From the NCBI GenBank assembly GCA_003056285.1, contig NDWU01000004.1:21228-85227 (forward strand): a stretch of DNA of 64,000 nucleotides. Reading direction: 5' to 3'. Under the pieces are notes generated by a model. That model saw only the letters and a list, made by a program, of their open reading frames with translations. It had not been told where the DNA came from and did no database searches. The stretch's first letter is position 1, and every line of letters begins with the position of its first letter. The translations under genes were made by a program, and so were the position numbers. This stretch comes from Candidatus Terraquivivens tikiterensis. Its GTDB lineage: Archaea; Thermoproteota; Nitrososphaeria_A; Caldarchaeales; Wolframiiraptoraceae. This document shows, piece after piece, positions 9,075 to 18,150 of this stretch.

Positions 9075-9299
9075 CTATCCCCTCCAGAAGTGCGGCACGC
9101 TCGGCCCTATTGCTGGCGGCGAGGACTTACGCCTCCTTCTACTGTAGTTGGCGTTCTGCTTAGACTTTCGACGCCTCCTTATGAACTCCCTAATGGCTGC
9201 CGAGAGCCTTGGGACTAACCTCTCGGCGCCCATCCACAACGTTATCATTATGATCGAGAACACTACCGACTCGATTATTAGGTTTAGCATAAGGGTCAC
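9075..9299 (-). CDS. Possible small membrane protein with a basic tail (weak call)
   Basis: 74-aa ORF with one hydrophobic helix (LIIESVVFSIIMITLWM) followed by an R/K-rich tail. It is the only ORF in a ~1-kb gene-poor stretch. No family recognised. Confidence 0.25.
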   Translation of the reverse strand: MTLMLNLIIESVVFSIIMITLWMGAERLVPRLSAAIREFIRRRRKSKQNANYSRRRRKSSPPAIGPSVPHFWRG

Positions 9300-9659
9300 C
9301 GTAGCTCCAATACCTATCGGGACGCTTTAACGTTTTTGCTTCATGTATTTATTCTAGTATGTCTTATTTTTAACCAAGGAGCGCCCTATAATCCCAGTTT
9401 TTCCAGGAAGGTCCTTTTTACCTTGAGTCAAAGGATAAGGCCTCGTTATAACGGCCGGCTCTGGAGGCGCCAGCCGCCGAAAATTACGTTGCTCATAGAA
9501 ACGGCGTAGAGAGCGGTTTAACAGTTTCTGGCAAGTATTATGCTAGTACGGCCCGAGAAATCTCGATTTCGAGGCAACTATGGGCTTTAAGCTCGCTTTA
9601 ACCGGCGAAAGTTTAATGAGTCGCCGATTAAGGGTAACGTACGGACAGGGAACCCGCTT

Positions 9660-10079
9660 ATGACGAGGATCGAGACGAAGACGACGCTCGAGAAGTTCAG
9701 GAGGTTCTTGATAAGCAACAGTTGCGCGTCCTTCATCCCCAAGGAGTACATGGAAGACCCTACGATCTTCCCTGAAAGGGATCCATCAGAGGGCGCAATA
9801 TACGTCGAGGCGGTCTCTAAGGTTCCAGTCGACCAGATAAGGAACGTGAGGTTCGTGAAGGTAGCTGATGTCCTTGGCGTCCTTTACTCTTCCAAGAGTG
9901 GAAACACGAACTTGAAGTGGAGGCAGACAAAGGGCAACGTCGGCAAGCTTACTGGCTATGCCTCTCCCAACTCTATAGTAAACCTCCTACAGACCGGAAT
10001 ACTTACGCCCAGCCAGATAAAACAGATGCTCTCTACGCTTAGGTCGTACCAGCAGGGCTCGGAGCGTGAGGAGGCTTAA
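9660..10079 (+). CDS. Hypothetical protein
   Basis: 139-aa ORF with ordinary amino-acid composition, in its own intergenic context. No motif recognised. Confidence 0.5.
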   Translation: MTRIETKTTLEKFRRFLISNSCASFIPKEYMEDPTIFPERDPSEGAIYVEAVSKVPVDQIRNVRFVKVADVLGVLYSSKSGNTNLKWRQTKGNVGKLTGYASPNSIVNLLQTGILTPSQIKQMLSTLRSYQQGSEREEA

Positions 10080-10165
10080 CCAGTACAACACAGAGGCCTT
10101 ATTGAGACGTATAGTTTAGCCGCATCCAGCAGAAGACTTTGCGCACGCTGACACGGTAACGCTAC

Positions 10166-11449
10166 CTACTCGGCCAGCTGGACTACATCCTTATAATCTT
10201 CGATGTACTTGTTTACGTATCTCATGCCCGGCGGTATTGTGAGGTATGGGTTCACCTTCGTCCCTACGAGCCTGCATCCCTCCCTTATCCTGACGGCGTT
10301 GCCGACGACTGAGTATTCGCCGATGTACGTAGGGTTGCTCGGAGATGACTCGACGGTAGACTTCCTACCTATGATGCTATCCACTATGCAGGCATTGTCC
10401 CCGATCTTTACCGCATCCATTATCGCTGACCTTTCAATCCTAACGTTCTCCCCTATTATACAGTAGTTGTCTATGCAAGAGTCCACTATAACCGTACGCT
10501 CCCCTATACTCGTATGCTTGCCTATTAGGGCCGCACCCTCTATGGTTATCCTGCCATCCCTGTACTTTCTCAGCACGTCGTCCTTTATCCTGTTTGACTC
10601 CTTTTCGTATTCTTCTATCCAAACGTTCCTATCCAGCGCCAACATCTTCTCCGGCATCCTGATATCGATCGACCCCCTGAGTATCTCCAGCATGGCTTTC
10701 AAGTATTCCTTTGGGTTACCGACGTCGTACCAAACGTTTATCTCGTAGCCGTAAACCGGAAAGCCCTTCTCCACAAGGTAAGGTATCAGGTCGTAGCCGA
10801 AATCCAGCCTCTTCCTTTCCTCTAAAATTTTCTTTACTTCGTCGCTCCCGACTATCTTCCTTACCTCGGGTGCCAGCAAGTATATCCCTGCGTTTATCAG
10901 GTTGCTCGGAGCCTTTCCTGGCGGCGGTTTCTCCACGAAGCTTTTTATCCTCATACTATCGTCGACGTCGGCCACACCGTACTCCTCCACGTTTTTTACC
11001 CTGAAGAGGGCGATGGTCATCAGCGCCCCTTTTTCCTCGTGCCACCTCATCAGATCCTCGAGGTTTATGCCGAAGATGTTGTCACCTTGGACGACTATGA
11101 CGGGCCCTTTTACGTCATAATACTCGACGTTTATCCTGTAGGAGTCTGCGCTCCCAAGGTCGTCCATGTTGGGCTGGTGCATTATGCGGATTCTTGGGTT
11201 TATACCATACTTAGCCGAGAATCCAGTACCGTCACCAAACTGATCGAAGAGGTCCGTATAGTTCGTATAACCCTGTTCGCCGAATATGAAATTCCTTACA
11301 CCCTGCTCTGCCAGCGTGAGTATCGGGAATTCTATCAGAACCCTGTTCATGAACCTTATGCATGGTTTGGATACGTCGTAAGTTAAGGGCCTCAGCCTTT
11401 TTGCCACGCCCCCGACGGGGATGAAGCACGTCAGGTCCTCGGCTTTCAC
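10166..11449 (-). CDS. Sugar-phosphate nucleotidyltransferase with C-terminal left-handed beta-helix domain
   Basis: 427 aa. N-terminal IPVGGVAKRLRPLT (G-x-G-x-R-L motif of NDP-sugar pyrophosphorylases). The C-terminal part has hexapeptide-like repeats (IGENVRIERSAIMDAVKIGDNACIVDSIIG). Confidence 0.8.
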   Translation of the reverse strand: MKAEDLTCFIPVGGVAKRLRPLTYDVSKPCIRFMNRVLIEFPILTLAEQGVRNFIFGEQGYTNYTDLFDQFGDGTGFSAKYGINPRIRIMHQPNMDDLGSADSYRINVEYYDVKGPVIVVQGDNIFGINLEDLMRWHEEKGALMTIALFRVKNVEEYGVADVDDSMRIKSFVEKPPPGKAPSNLINAGIYLLAPEVRKIVGSDEVKKILEERKRLDFGYDLIPYLVEKGFPVYGYEINVWYDVGNPKEYLKAMLEILRGSIDIRMPEKMLALDRNVWIEEYEKESNRIKDDVLRKYRDGRITIEGAALIGKHTSIGERTVIVDSCIDNYCIIGENVRIERSAIMDAVKIGDNACIVDSIIGRKSTVESSPSNPTYIGEYSVVGNAVRIREGCRLVGTKVNPYLTIPPGMRYVNKYIEDYKDVVQLAE

Positions 11450-11481
11450 GGAAGGAAAAGCTTCCGGGACACGTATATAAA

Positions 11482-11994
11482 TTATCTAAGCTTCTTCAGG
11501 CAGCGTGCGCACGGCATGTAACCCTTGACGTCCGTGTCGTATATCCAGTTGCTGAAGCGCATTACGCATTTTGGTTCGTGGCAGTGCTGGAGTCCCAAGA
11601 GGTGCCCGACCTCATGGCATGCCTCCTTGATTATCCTCTCACGATAAAGCGACTCGTCGTGGGGTAAGCCGTAAAACTTTGGGTCGAGTCTGTAGGTGGA
11701 AACTACGGCAACGCCCTTCAAGGCTATGCCGAAGCAGTAGTTCAGACCGGGAGCGTAGATGTCCACGTCGACCAAGGCCAGCAGGAGCTCATCATCCCCC
11801 TTCATTTTAGAAAGTATTTCGGCCAAGGAAACGGCGTTGTGCTGCCTTCGCAGAGCGTTAAAGCTTTGGGGTGTAACGCTGAACGTCCCCTCGTCTACCG
11901 TAACGTCGAGCCGATAAACCTCCTTTATACGCTCTGCGACGTCTTCGGCGATGCTTCCTAAAACCGTTGACCGGATTACCCTTAGCTTCCGCAT
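11482..11994 (-). CDS. amzA: Archaemetzincin-type zinc metallopeptidase
   Basis: 170 aa with HEVGHLLGLQHC followed by CVM....C..C, the archaemetzincin HExxHxxGxxHC plus Cys4 pattern. Confidence 0.85.
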   Translation of the reverse strand: MRKLRVIRSTVLGSIAEDVAERIKEVYRLDVTVDEGTFSVTPQSFNALRRQHNAVSLAEILSKMKGDDELLLALVDVDIYAPGLNYCFGIALKGVAVVSTYRLDPKFYGLPHDESLYRERIIKEACHEVGHLLGLQHCHEPKCVMRFSNWIYDTDVKGYMPCARCLKKLR

Positions 11995-12038
11995 CGTTAC
12001 TCAAATGGGCCGAATGCTTATTAAGCTTGAGCTGTCGG

Positions 12039-12635
12039 GTGAGGGCGTTGGCCGACCTGTACGTAATAGCCGGCGTTCCCGGCGTCGGTAAGACGACGAT
12101 AGGCTCATTGGCGGCAAGGTTGATGCGCACAAGGTTTATAGACCTACCGGATTTCGTAAGGTCGGAGAGGCTTTATACGGCATACGACAGGAGTAGCAGA
12201 TCCTACGTCGTCGACGTAAGGGCGCTCTCGGCAGCTCTGGGTTCTTTCATAAGGGAAGAGGCTAAGCCGCCAATCCTTGCTACGCACATAGCGTTCAAGC
12301 CGAGGGGTTGCAGGGTAATAAGGGTAGTGGTGCTCAGGAAAAACCCGATAGCGCTGCTCGCTACGCTACGCTCCCGTGGCTACCCCCTCCGAAAGGTCGC
12401 GGCGAACGTTACGGCAGAGCTTTTGGATGAGCAGTACGTCGAGTTCGCTAGGAAATTCGGCCGTCCAAGGGTCGCTCAGCTGGACGTAACGCATTTGGGG
12501 CGCTATGAGGCTGCAAAAAGGGCAGAGAGGATACTATCTTCCGGGAGCGGGGGTGACGTCGTTGACTGGTTTTCCTCGTTAGAAAGAGAGAATAAACTCG
12601 ATAAAGTATTGTCGTTCCTCTCAAGGTACGGCTGA
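12039..12635 (+). CDS. Adenylate-kinase-like NTPase (Fap7/AK6-like)
   Basis: P-loop VIAGVPGVGKTT a few residues after the proposed GTG start at 12039. The ORF-track start at 11967 would overlap the divergent peptidase gene. Size (~198 aa) fits the Fap7 family. Confidence 0.65.
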   Translation: MRALADLYVIAGVPGVGKTTIGSLAARLMRTRFIDLPDFVRSERLYTAYDRSSRSYVVDVRALSAALGSFIREEAKPPILATHIAFKPRGCRVIRVVVLRKNPIALLATLRSRGYPLRKVAANVTAELLDEQYVEFARKFGRPRVAQLDVTHLGRYEAAKRAERILSSGSGGDVVDWFSSLERENKLDKVLSFLSRYG

Positions 12636-12646
12636 CGCTGACCCGT

Positions 12647-13675
12647 CTACTTCTTTAGCAGCTCGCTGGCCTTCTCCGCTATAGCCTCTGCCATCTCAGA
12701 AGTCTTTGCGGTACCTCCTAAGTCGTACGTGACCTTCTTTCCCTCGGCGATGACTGCCTCCGTGGCGTCGAATATCGCCCTCGCGGCCTTAACCTCGCCC
12801 AAGTACTCGAGCATCCAAGCGCCCGAAAGTATCATGGCCGTCGGGTTCACCTTGTTCATGCCCTTGTACTTCGGCGCGCTTCCGTGCGCAGGCTCGAACA
12901 TCGCATAGGTATCGCCAAAGTTTCCCGAGTATATGCAGCCTATGCTGGCAACAAGCCCTGAGGCCTCCTCGGAGAGTATGTCCATGAATAGGTTTGTCCC
13001 CAGTATTACGTTGTGGTTGAACCTTTCCGGGTTTTTCACGAGCTGCTGGGCCATGTTGTCTACAAAATACTCTTCGTACGATATACCCGGGTAGTCCTTC
13101 GCAACCCTCTCCACGCACTCCCAGAACAAACCGTCGGCTTCCTTCATTATGTTCCTCTTCGTTACGACTATCACCTTGCTCCAGCCCTTTGACTTGGCGA
13201 TCTCGAAAGCCCTCCTGGCTACCCTCTCCGACTGCTTCTTGGAGATCTTCCTTATGGCTATGGCACAGTCGTCGGAAAGCCTGACGTCTATTCCCGTGTA
13301 CAGGCCTTCGGTCCCTTCCCTGACGCATATGAAGTCGAGCTCGCCGAACCTCTCCTGCAGGCCTTTGAAGGTCTTTATGGGCCTCACGTTAGCGTACAGG
13401 TCGAACCTCTGCCTGATGCTGACGGCGACGCTCTTCGGCATGCCCCTCTCCCAGGGCGTCGTCGTCGGAGCCTTCAAGCACGCATCGGACTTCTCCAAAA
13501 CCTCCCAAGTCTCTGGGGGTATTAGAGAAGGGCCTCCGTGTGCCTGCCACCACTCGAAGCCCGCCTCCACCGGAATAACCTTAACGTTTGGCTTGACGGC
13601 ATCCAGGACTGTAAGAAAAGCATCGGCGAGTTCCGGCCCTACGCCGTCACCCTTTATTAAGGCAACGCTCTTCAC
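12647..13675 (-). CDS. Isocitrate / 3-isopropylmalate / homoisocitrate dehydrogenase family oxidoreductase
   Basis: 342 aa with IKGDGVGPE near the N-terminus, NLFMDILSEEAS (family NLFGDILSD motif) and FEPAHGSAP. Substrate cannot be resolved by eye. Confidence 0.85.
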   Translation of the reverse strand: MKSVALIKGDGVGPELADAFLTVLDAVKPNVKVIPVEAGFEWWQAHGGPSLIPPETWEVLEKSDACLKAPTTTPWERGMPKSVAVSIRQRFDLYANVRPIKTFKGLQERFGELDFICVREGTEGLYTGIDVRLSDDCAIAIRKISKKQSERVARRAFEIAKSKGWSKVIVVTKRNIMKEADGLFWECVERVAKDYPGISYEEYFVDNMAQQLVKNPERFNHNVILGTNLFMDILSEEASGLVASIGCIYSGNFGDTYAMFEPAHGSAPKYKGMNKVNPTAMILSGAWMLEYLGEVKAARAIFDATEAVIAEGKKVTYDLGGTAKTSEMAEAIAEKASELLKK

Positions 13676-13737
13676 TAACCTTCACCGCATTAAAAGCCAG
13701 TATATACACCATTTAAATTCTTTTTGCTCGATAGCCT

Positions 13738-14283
13738 CTATTTTGCGGGCCTTCGTTTTAGCTCGGCACCGCACTTCGCGCAAACGCTCAGGTTGCTTAC
13801 ACCGTACTCAGCCCTGCATACGGGACAGTACGTTATCCAAGTTATCCGCTTCCTGATCCCTGGATGGATCATGCCGACAGTCCTTATGGCCATATGCCTT
13901 GCTAGGTTCTGGACGCTGTAGTCGTCGCTTATCACGACGACCTCCAGCCCTGCCCTGCTCTTCTCTAAGGCTAGAGCCAAAACGTCCAGGTCCGTTCTGG
14001 ATAGCCTAGCCATATCTCCCGTGGAGGCCGCAAGCTCCTCGACTTCCTTGATGCTCTCCTCGGATGGGCTGGAAACTTCCAGCTGACCGCTCTCGACGGC
14101 AACCTCGACGACGTTCTTTACGGATTCGTCGTGCATAACCTCCAATATAACAGAAGGCGTGGTCACGAATTCTTTCCTCGAAAAATCCGTCTGGCCCGCT
14201 ATGAGGGCCGTTGAGTCGAGAACGTACACGGTAGGCTTTCTGTTAAAGCCTTTACCGGAGGCGTTTTTTAAGCCTTCTGGCAA
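13738..14283 (-). CDS. nob1: Nob1-like endonuclease (PIN domain + zinc ribbon)
   Basis: 181 aa. N-terminal PIN-like VYVLDSTALIAG with later acidic residues, plus a C-terminal ribbon CPVC...CAKCG. Confidence 0.75.
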   Translation of the reverse strand: MPEGLKNASGKGFNRKPTVYVLDSTALIAGQTDFSRKEFVTTPSVILEVMHDESVKNVVEVAVESGQLEVSSPSEESIKEVEELAASTGDMARLSRTDLDVLALALEKSRAGLEVVVISDDYSVQNLARHMAIRTVGMIHPGIRKRITWITYCPVCRAEYGVSNLSVCAKCGAELKRRPAK

Positions 14284-15079
14284 AGCTGCACTCCCTCTTG
14301 ACGCGGACGAAGCGGACAGTCTGCTCGGACTTGCTTATGGCGAGCTCGCCAGCGTTCAGAACCTCCCTAATCTGACCGTCGATCAGGACGTGAACCCTCG
14401 GAACCTTAAACCTGATTGTTATCGCACGGCTAGCTGGCAGTACGAGGGGGCTCATCCTCGTGAGTGGGCATACGGGCACGACGACTGCAACCTCGAGCCT
14501 ATGGTCAACGGCCGGACCTCCTGCTGACATTGCGTAGGCCGTCGAGCCCAACGGCGTAGAGATTATGACACCATCGGCCACACCGTCGAGGAGCGTATCC
14601 CCTCCTTGGACTACCTCGAAATCGATGACCTTGCCTATGCTTTCGCTCGAAACGTAGACCTCGTTGACTATGTCCCCTAGCTTCCTATTCCCCACGAAAG
14701 CCGATAGCTTCATCACCTCCTCGACCGCAAAGCTTCCCTTGAGTACTTCGTCCAGTACGGTAAGTAGCTCATCGGGGCTTAGTTCCGAGAGGTAGCCGCC
14801 CCTACCGAAGTTCACGCCCAGTATAGGCGTCCTGTGGTCGGATAGGGAGTGTATGCCCTTCAGCACGGTACCGTCGCCGCCTAGGATTATGACAAGGTCA
14901 GCGGATATCTTAACCCCCGCACTCATAACGCGCTCCGAGTCGAAGGCCTCGCTCTCTACACCTAGGACGTCCAAGCGCTTAGATAGCTCGCCGACCATCT
15001 CCACGGCCCCGGCCTTTCTCGGCGTGTAAACTACCGCAACCTTCTTAATCAACTGCCTTTTACTCTCCCAAACTGCCAA
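14252..15079 (-). CDS. nadK: NAD kinase
   Basis: 275 aa with the GGDGT motif (VIILGGDGTVL) and typical NAD-kinase length and C-terminal beta region. Confidence 0.85.
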   Translation of the reverse strand: MAVWESKRQLIKKVAVVYTPRKAGAVEMVGELSKRLDVLGVESEAFDSERVMSAGVKISADLVIILGGDGTVLKGIHSLSDHRTPILGVNFGRGGYLSELSPDELLTVLDEVLKGSFAVEEVMKLSAFVGNRKLGDIVNEVYVSSESIGKVIDFEVVQGGDTLLDGVADGVIISTPLGSTAYAMSAGGPAVDHRLEVAVVVPVCPLTRMSPLVLPASRAITIRFKVPRVHVLIDGQIREVLNAGELAISKSEQTVRFVRVKRECSFARRLKKRLR

Positions 15080-15099
15080 TGCATCGTTAGGTATAAAAG

Positions 15100-16404
15100 T
15101 TAAGCTTTAGAGATCTCTTCTATGGGCTTCAAGCCTTCGAGGAGCAACGGCTTTGAGATGTGCCTCCGTGCCGAGGACGGGACCTCGTAGACGCCCGGCC
15201 TCAGGGTCCTCTGCTCCTCGACGAGCAGCTTTGACCCTTCTGGTAGCTTATTTCCGCACCTCGGGCACCTGTAACCCTTGCCTTTGCCTAAAGACTCCGT
15301 CTTCTTTCCGCAGACGTTGCAGCGGGGCGGCGAGGTACGGACGAACCTTGCGAGGCTTATCACCTTTATCTTTTCCAAATTTATAGTCAACGGCATGCCG
15401 GGCTTCGACTTCACACCGCCGTAAACCCTTACCCTGTCACCGGGCCTGAGCGACCGGACTACGTTCCTGAAGGACTTCGTCGGCTCGAAGGCAGCGCACT
15501 GGACTGTGCCAGTCTCGTCCATTAACGTGAAGAAGACGTGACCCCCGGGCATGACCCTTGGCAAGTCCGCGACGAAACCCTCGACGGATACTGACGTGTT
15601 CTCCTCTATCTCAGCAACCTTCACCTCTTGGATGTGCAGGTCCGTCGCCTGGTTCGTCTCAAATAGCAGAATCCTCTCCGTCGGCTCCAATATTCTTAAA
15701 GCAGAGAAAGCATAGAAGGCCATCTCCGGGTCGAGCGACCTGATGCCCAGGAGGACTGGGCATGGCGTATGCGGCGTTATCCTACTTTCGTTCGTCTCGT
15801 AATCAAAGTTATCGAAGGTCCACGGCCTCGTCAGCATGTCCATCCTTACGACGGAGCCCTCGTCAACCCTCCTGAACGTTCCCCAGTTATGCCTAACCCT
15901 GTATGCCAAGAGCTCGTACGTTTTTCCAGGGATCCTATCCATGCCCACAGCCGCCAAAGCCCCTACGACACCCCTCCTACCCCTCAAGGCGTGGAGTTCT
16001 GCTCCGACGGCAGTAGCTACGGCGAGAGCTTCCTCCACGGACACCATCCGTCTCACGACGGAAATGGAGAAACTTCTTAGCTCGGGCGGTATATCTTCAC
16101 CCGTGTAGAAAGCAACGCCTGGTTCCGTACCCTCGCACTCCAGCTCGGCCAGCTCCGATACCCTTTCCAGGACTTTTTCCTTGACCTCATCCAACCCTCT
16201 TGGATCGACCCTGAACCTCAAAGCCACCGCGGCGTTTCCCCTCGTCTTGTACGGACAGTTTGGGTTGAGTCGGATAAGCTGGGGCCTCCTCACGGGTGAT
16301 AGACCCTTTCTCACGAGATCGTCGAAGATGACAGCGGCTACGTACGTCGTGCACATCGCCTTCTTAGAATCCGTATCGTCGATCCCTATATGCAAAGTCA
16401 ACAA
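15100..16404 (-). CDS. tiaS: tRNA(Ile2) 2-agmatinylcytidine synthetase TiaS
   Basis: 434 aa. It starts with the characteristic LHIGIDDTDS and has a C-terminal zinc ribbon CNVCGKK...CPRCG. Confidence 0.8.
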   Translation of the reverse strand: MLTLHIGIDDTDSKKAMCTTYVAAVIFDDLVRKGLSPVRRPQLIRLNPNCPYKTRGNAAVALRFRVDPRGLDEVKEKVLERVSELAELECEGTEPGVAFYTGEDIPPELRSFSISVVRRMVSVEEALAVATAVGAELHALRGRRGVVGALAAVGMDRIPGKTYELLAYRVRHNWGTFRRVDEGSVVRMDMLTRPWTFDNFDYETNESRITPHTPCPVLLGIRSLDPEMAFYAFSALRILEPTERILLFETNQATDLHIQEVKVAEIEENTSVSVEGFVADLPRVMPGGHVFFTLMDETGTVQCAAFEPTKSFRNVVRSLRPGDRVRVYGGVKSKPGMPLTINLEKIKVISLARFVRTSPPRCNVCGKKTESLGKGKGYRCPRCGNKLPEGSKLLVEEQRTLRPGVYEVPSSARRHISKPLLLEGLKPIEEISKA

Positions 16405-16447
16405 CTCGGCCTTGAATTTTTTGCTAAAACCGTAAATTTAAGCCTAA

Positions 16448-17170
16448 CTATGATAGGTTTAAGAAAGATAGAACCTTACACTTCAATCCCAGCTTCTTCT
16501 TCAGCTTCTCTGCCGAGTTGTTGACGGAGAAGATCGTGAATATACCGACGGTCTTGGCCCTAGACCTCTCGACGAGCCTTACCATCGCCTCGACGGTGGC
16601 TCCAGTCCTCATTATGTCGTCCACTATGAGCACGCTCTCGTCCTTCTTTATGGAGCCCTTGGGTATGTAGAAGGTTTTGAAGAGGACTGGTGAGAATACT
16701 GCCTTCTCCTCGAGGAACTCCTCAACGCCTACCTCCTTGCTTCCCTTTGCTATGACGACCGCCTTAACGCCGAGCTCGTTCCCAAGCTGAACCGCAAGGG
16801 GTATGCCATCTACGGCTGCCGTCAGTATCTTGTCAACCTTGACGAGCTCAAACTCGTTAGCTACGCTCTTTGCGATAAGTTGCTGAAGGCCCGTATCGTA
16901 GCAAACGGAGGTGAGGTCGTAGGCGCCGTTCCTATCGACGACCTTTGACCTGAGCACGTCGCGGACGTACTTCTCGCTGAAGGCCTCTATTATCATGTTG
17001 GCCTTGTCCGCGCTCGGTATGACGTGCCCGTTTATGTACCTGCTCAAAACGCTGGGCGGCAGGTCTATTATCTTAGAGATCTCCCTGTACGTGTAGTTCC
17101 TTTTCAGGACCCTCAGTATCTCGACGGCGAAAATCTTTCTCTTCATTAAGGAGAGCTTGTTCACAAGCAT
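16448..17170 (-). CDS. HTH + phosphoribosyltransferase-domain regulator (GfcR/PyrE-like family)
   Basis: 240 aa. N-terminal HTH (YREISKIIDLPPSVLSRYING) and a C-terminal PRTase PRPP loop (VLIVDDIMRTGATV). Confidence 0.7.
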   Translation of the reverse strand: MLVNKLSLMKRKIFAVEILRVLKRNYTYREISKIIDLPPSVLSRYINGHVIPSADKANMIIEAFSEKYVRDVLRSKVVDRNGAYDLTSVCYDTGLQQLIAKSVANEFELVKVDKILTAAVDGIPLAVQLGNELGVKAVVIAKGSKEVGVEEFLEEKAVFSPVLFKTFYIPKGSIKKDESVLIVDDIMRTGATVEAMVRLVERSRAKTVGIFTIFSVNNSAEKLKKKLGLKCKVLSFLNLS

Positions 17171-17271
17171 GTTAAGCTTTGTTGCCTTATTTATAATTTC
17201 TTGAGCAGAGCATGCTAAGCGGATGCGTTATAACTCAAGCTTTATCTTAAACCGCCACAAACCCTTTGCCG

Positions 17272-18150
17272 ATGACGCTAAAGCTGCTTTTCGAGCGCGC
17301 AAATTTGCTCAAGCAGAGGCTAAAGCAAGAGGGCGGCGAGATGCATGCGGCATGGCTCAGTAGGGCGAGGGACGTCTGGAGGCCGTACCGGCCCAGCATA
17401 TGCGGGAGGAGCATCGCGGCCGTCGATAGCGGTTGGAACTACATGACGTACGGCGGCTTCTACCTGTATGCGATTAGGGCGGTTGCGGTAGCACCTTCCT
17501 CGGAAGACGTTACGGAGCCCTTCGTCGATGTGGACATAGTGCCCATGGAGGCTGAGGGCTCGGGCATAAGCCCTGAATTGTACATAAAGGGGCTGGCCGA
17601 GTGCTACGAGCACGACTTAGCTTCAAGGGCATCAAAGTTTTTAGACATCGTGTTGGTAGATGGGTCGATTTTGGCGAGGCTTAACATGGCAGACGCCCTC
17701 AAGAGGGCCAGGCTCTTCAGGGAATACGCCGTTCACGTGAGGCCGCTGAAGGACGTCAAGAACGTCCTATTCGTCTCGAAATATTCCCAGGACAGGAGCC
17801 TTATAAAAGGAGCGCTCGGAGACGTCTACTACATAAACAGGGCAACGAGGAGTATCGGGTACACGGAGCCCATAGCATCCGAGAGGGATGGGATGAGGGT
17901 ATCTGTCTTTTATATGAGGTTATCAGAAAATTCCGACGCGGTACACGTCGAGGTCCCAGCCATCGTGGACTCTGATTACGTTGAGTCGATGATAGATGCG
18001 CTGCACGGCACGGCCGTCAAGGGATACCCTTATCCCCTCATCGTTGCCCACAGCATGGCCTCTGTCGACGACGGCCTCATGGAAATGGTTGCGGAGGCCG
18101 CAGGCCTAGCAGTCCTCCCGACGTCGAGGGAGGTTCTCGAGGTTGGTTGA
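17272..18150 (+). CDS. nurA: NurA-type nuclease
   Basis: ~292 aa, immediately upstream of and overlapping herA. It has an acidic motif IAAVDSG and VLVDGSIL. The call rests partly on operon context. Start is ATG 17272 or TTG 17266. Confidence 0.7.
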   Translation: MTLKLLFERANLLKQRLKQEGGEMHAAWLSRARDVWRPYRPSICGRSIAAVDSGWNYMTYGGFYLYAIRAVAVAPSSEDVTEPFVDVDIVPMEAEGSGISPELYIKGLAECYEHDLASRASKFLDIVLVDGSILARLNMADALKRARLFREYAVHVRPLKDVKNVLFVSKYSQDRSLIKGALGDVYYINRATRSIGYTEPIASERDGMRVSVFYMRLSENSDAVHVEVPAIVDSDYVESMIDALHGTAVKGYPYPLIVAHSMASVDDGLMEMVAEAAGLAVLPTSREVLEVG

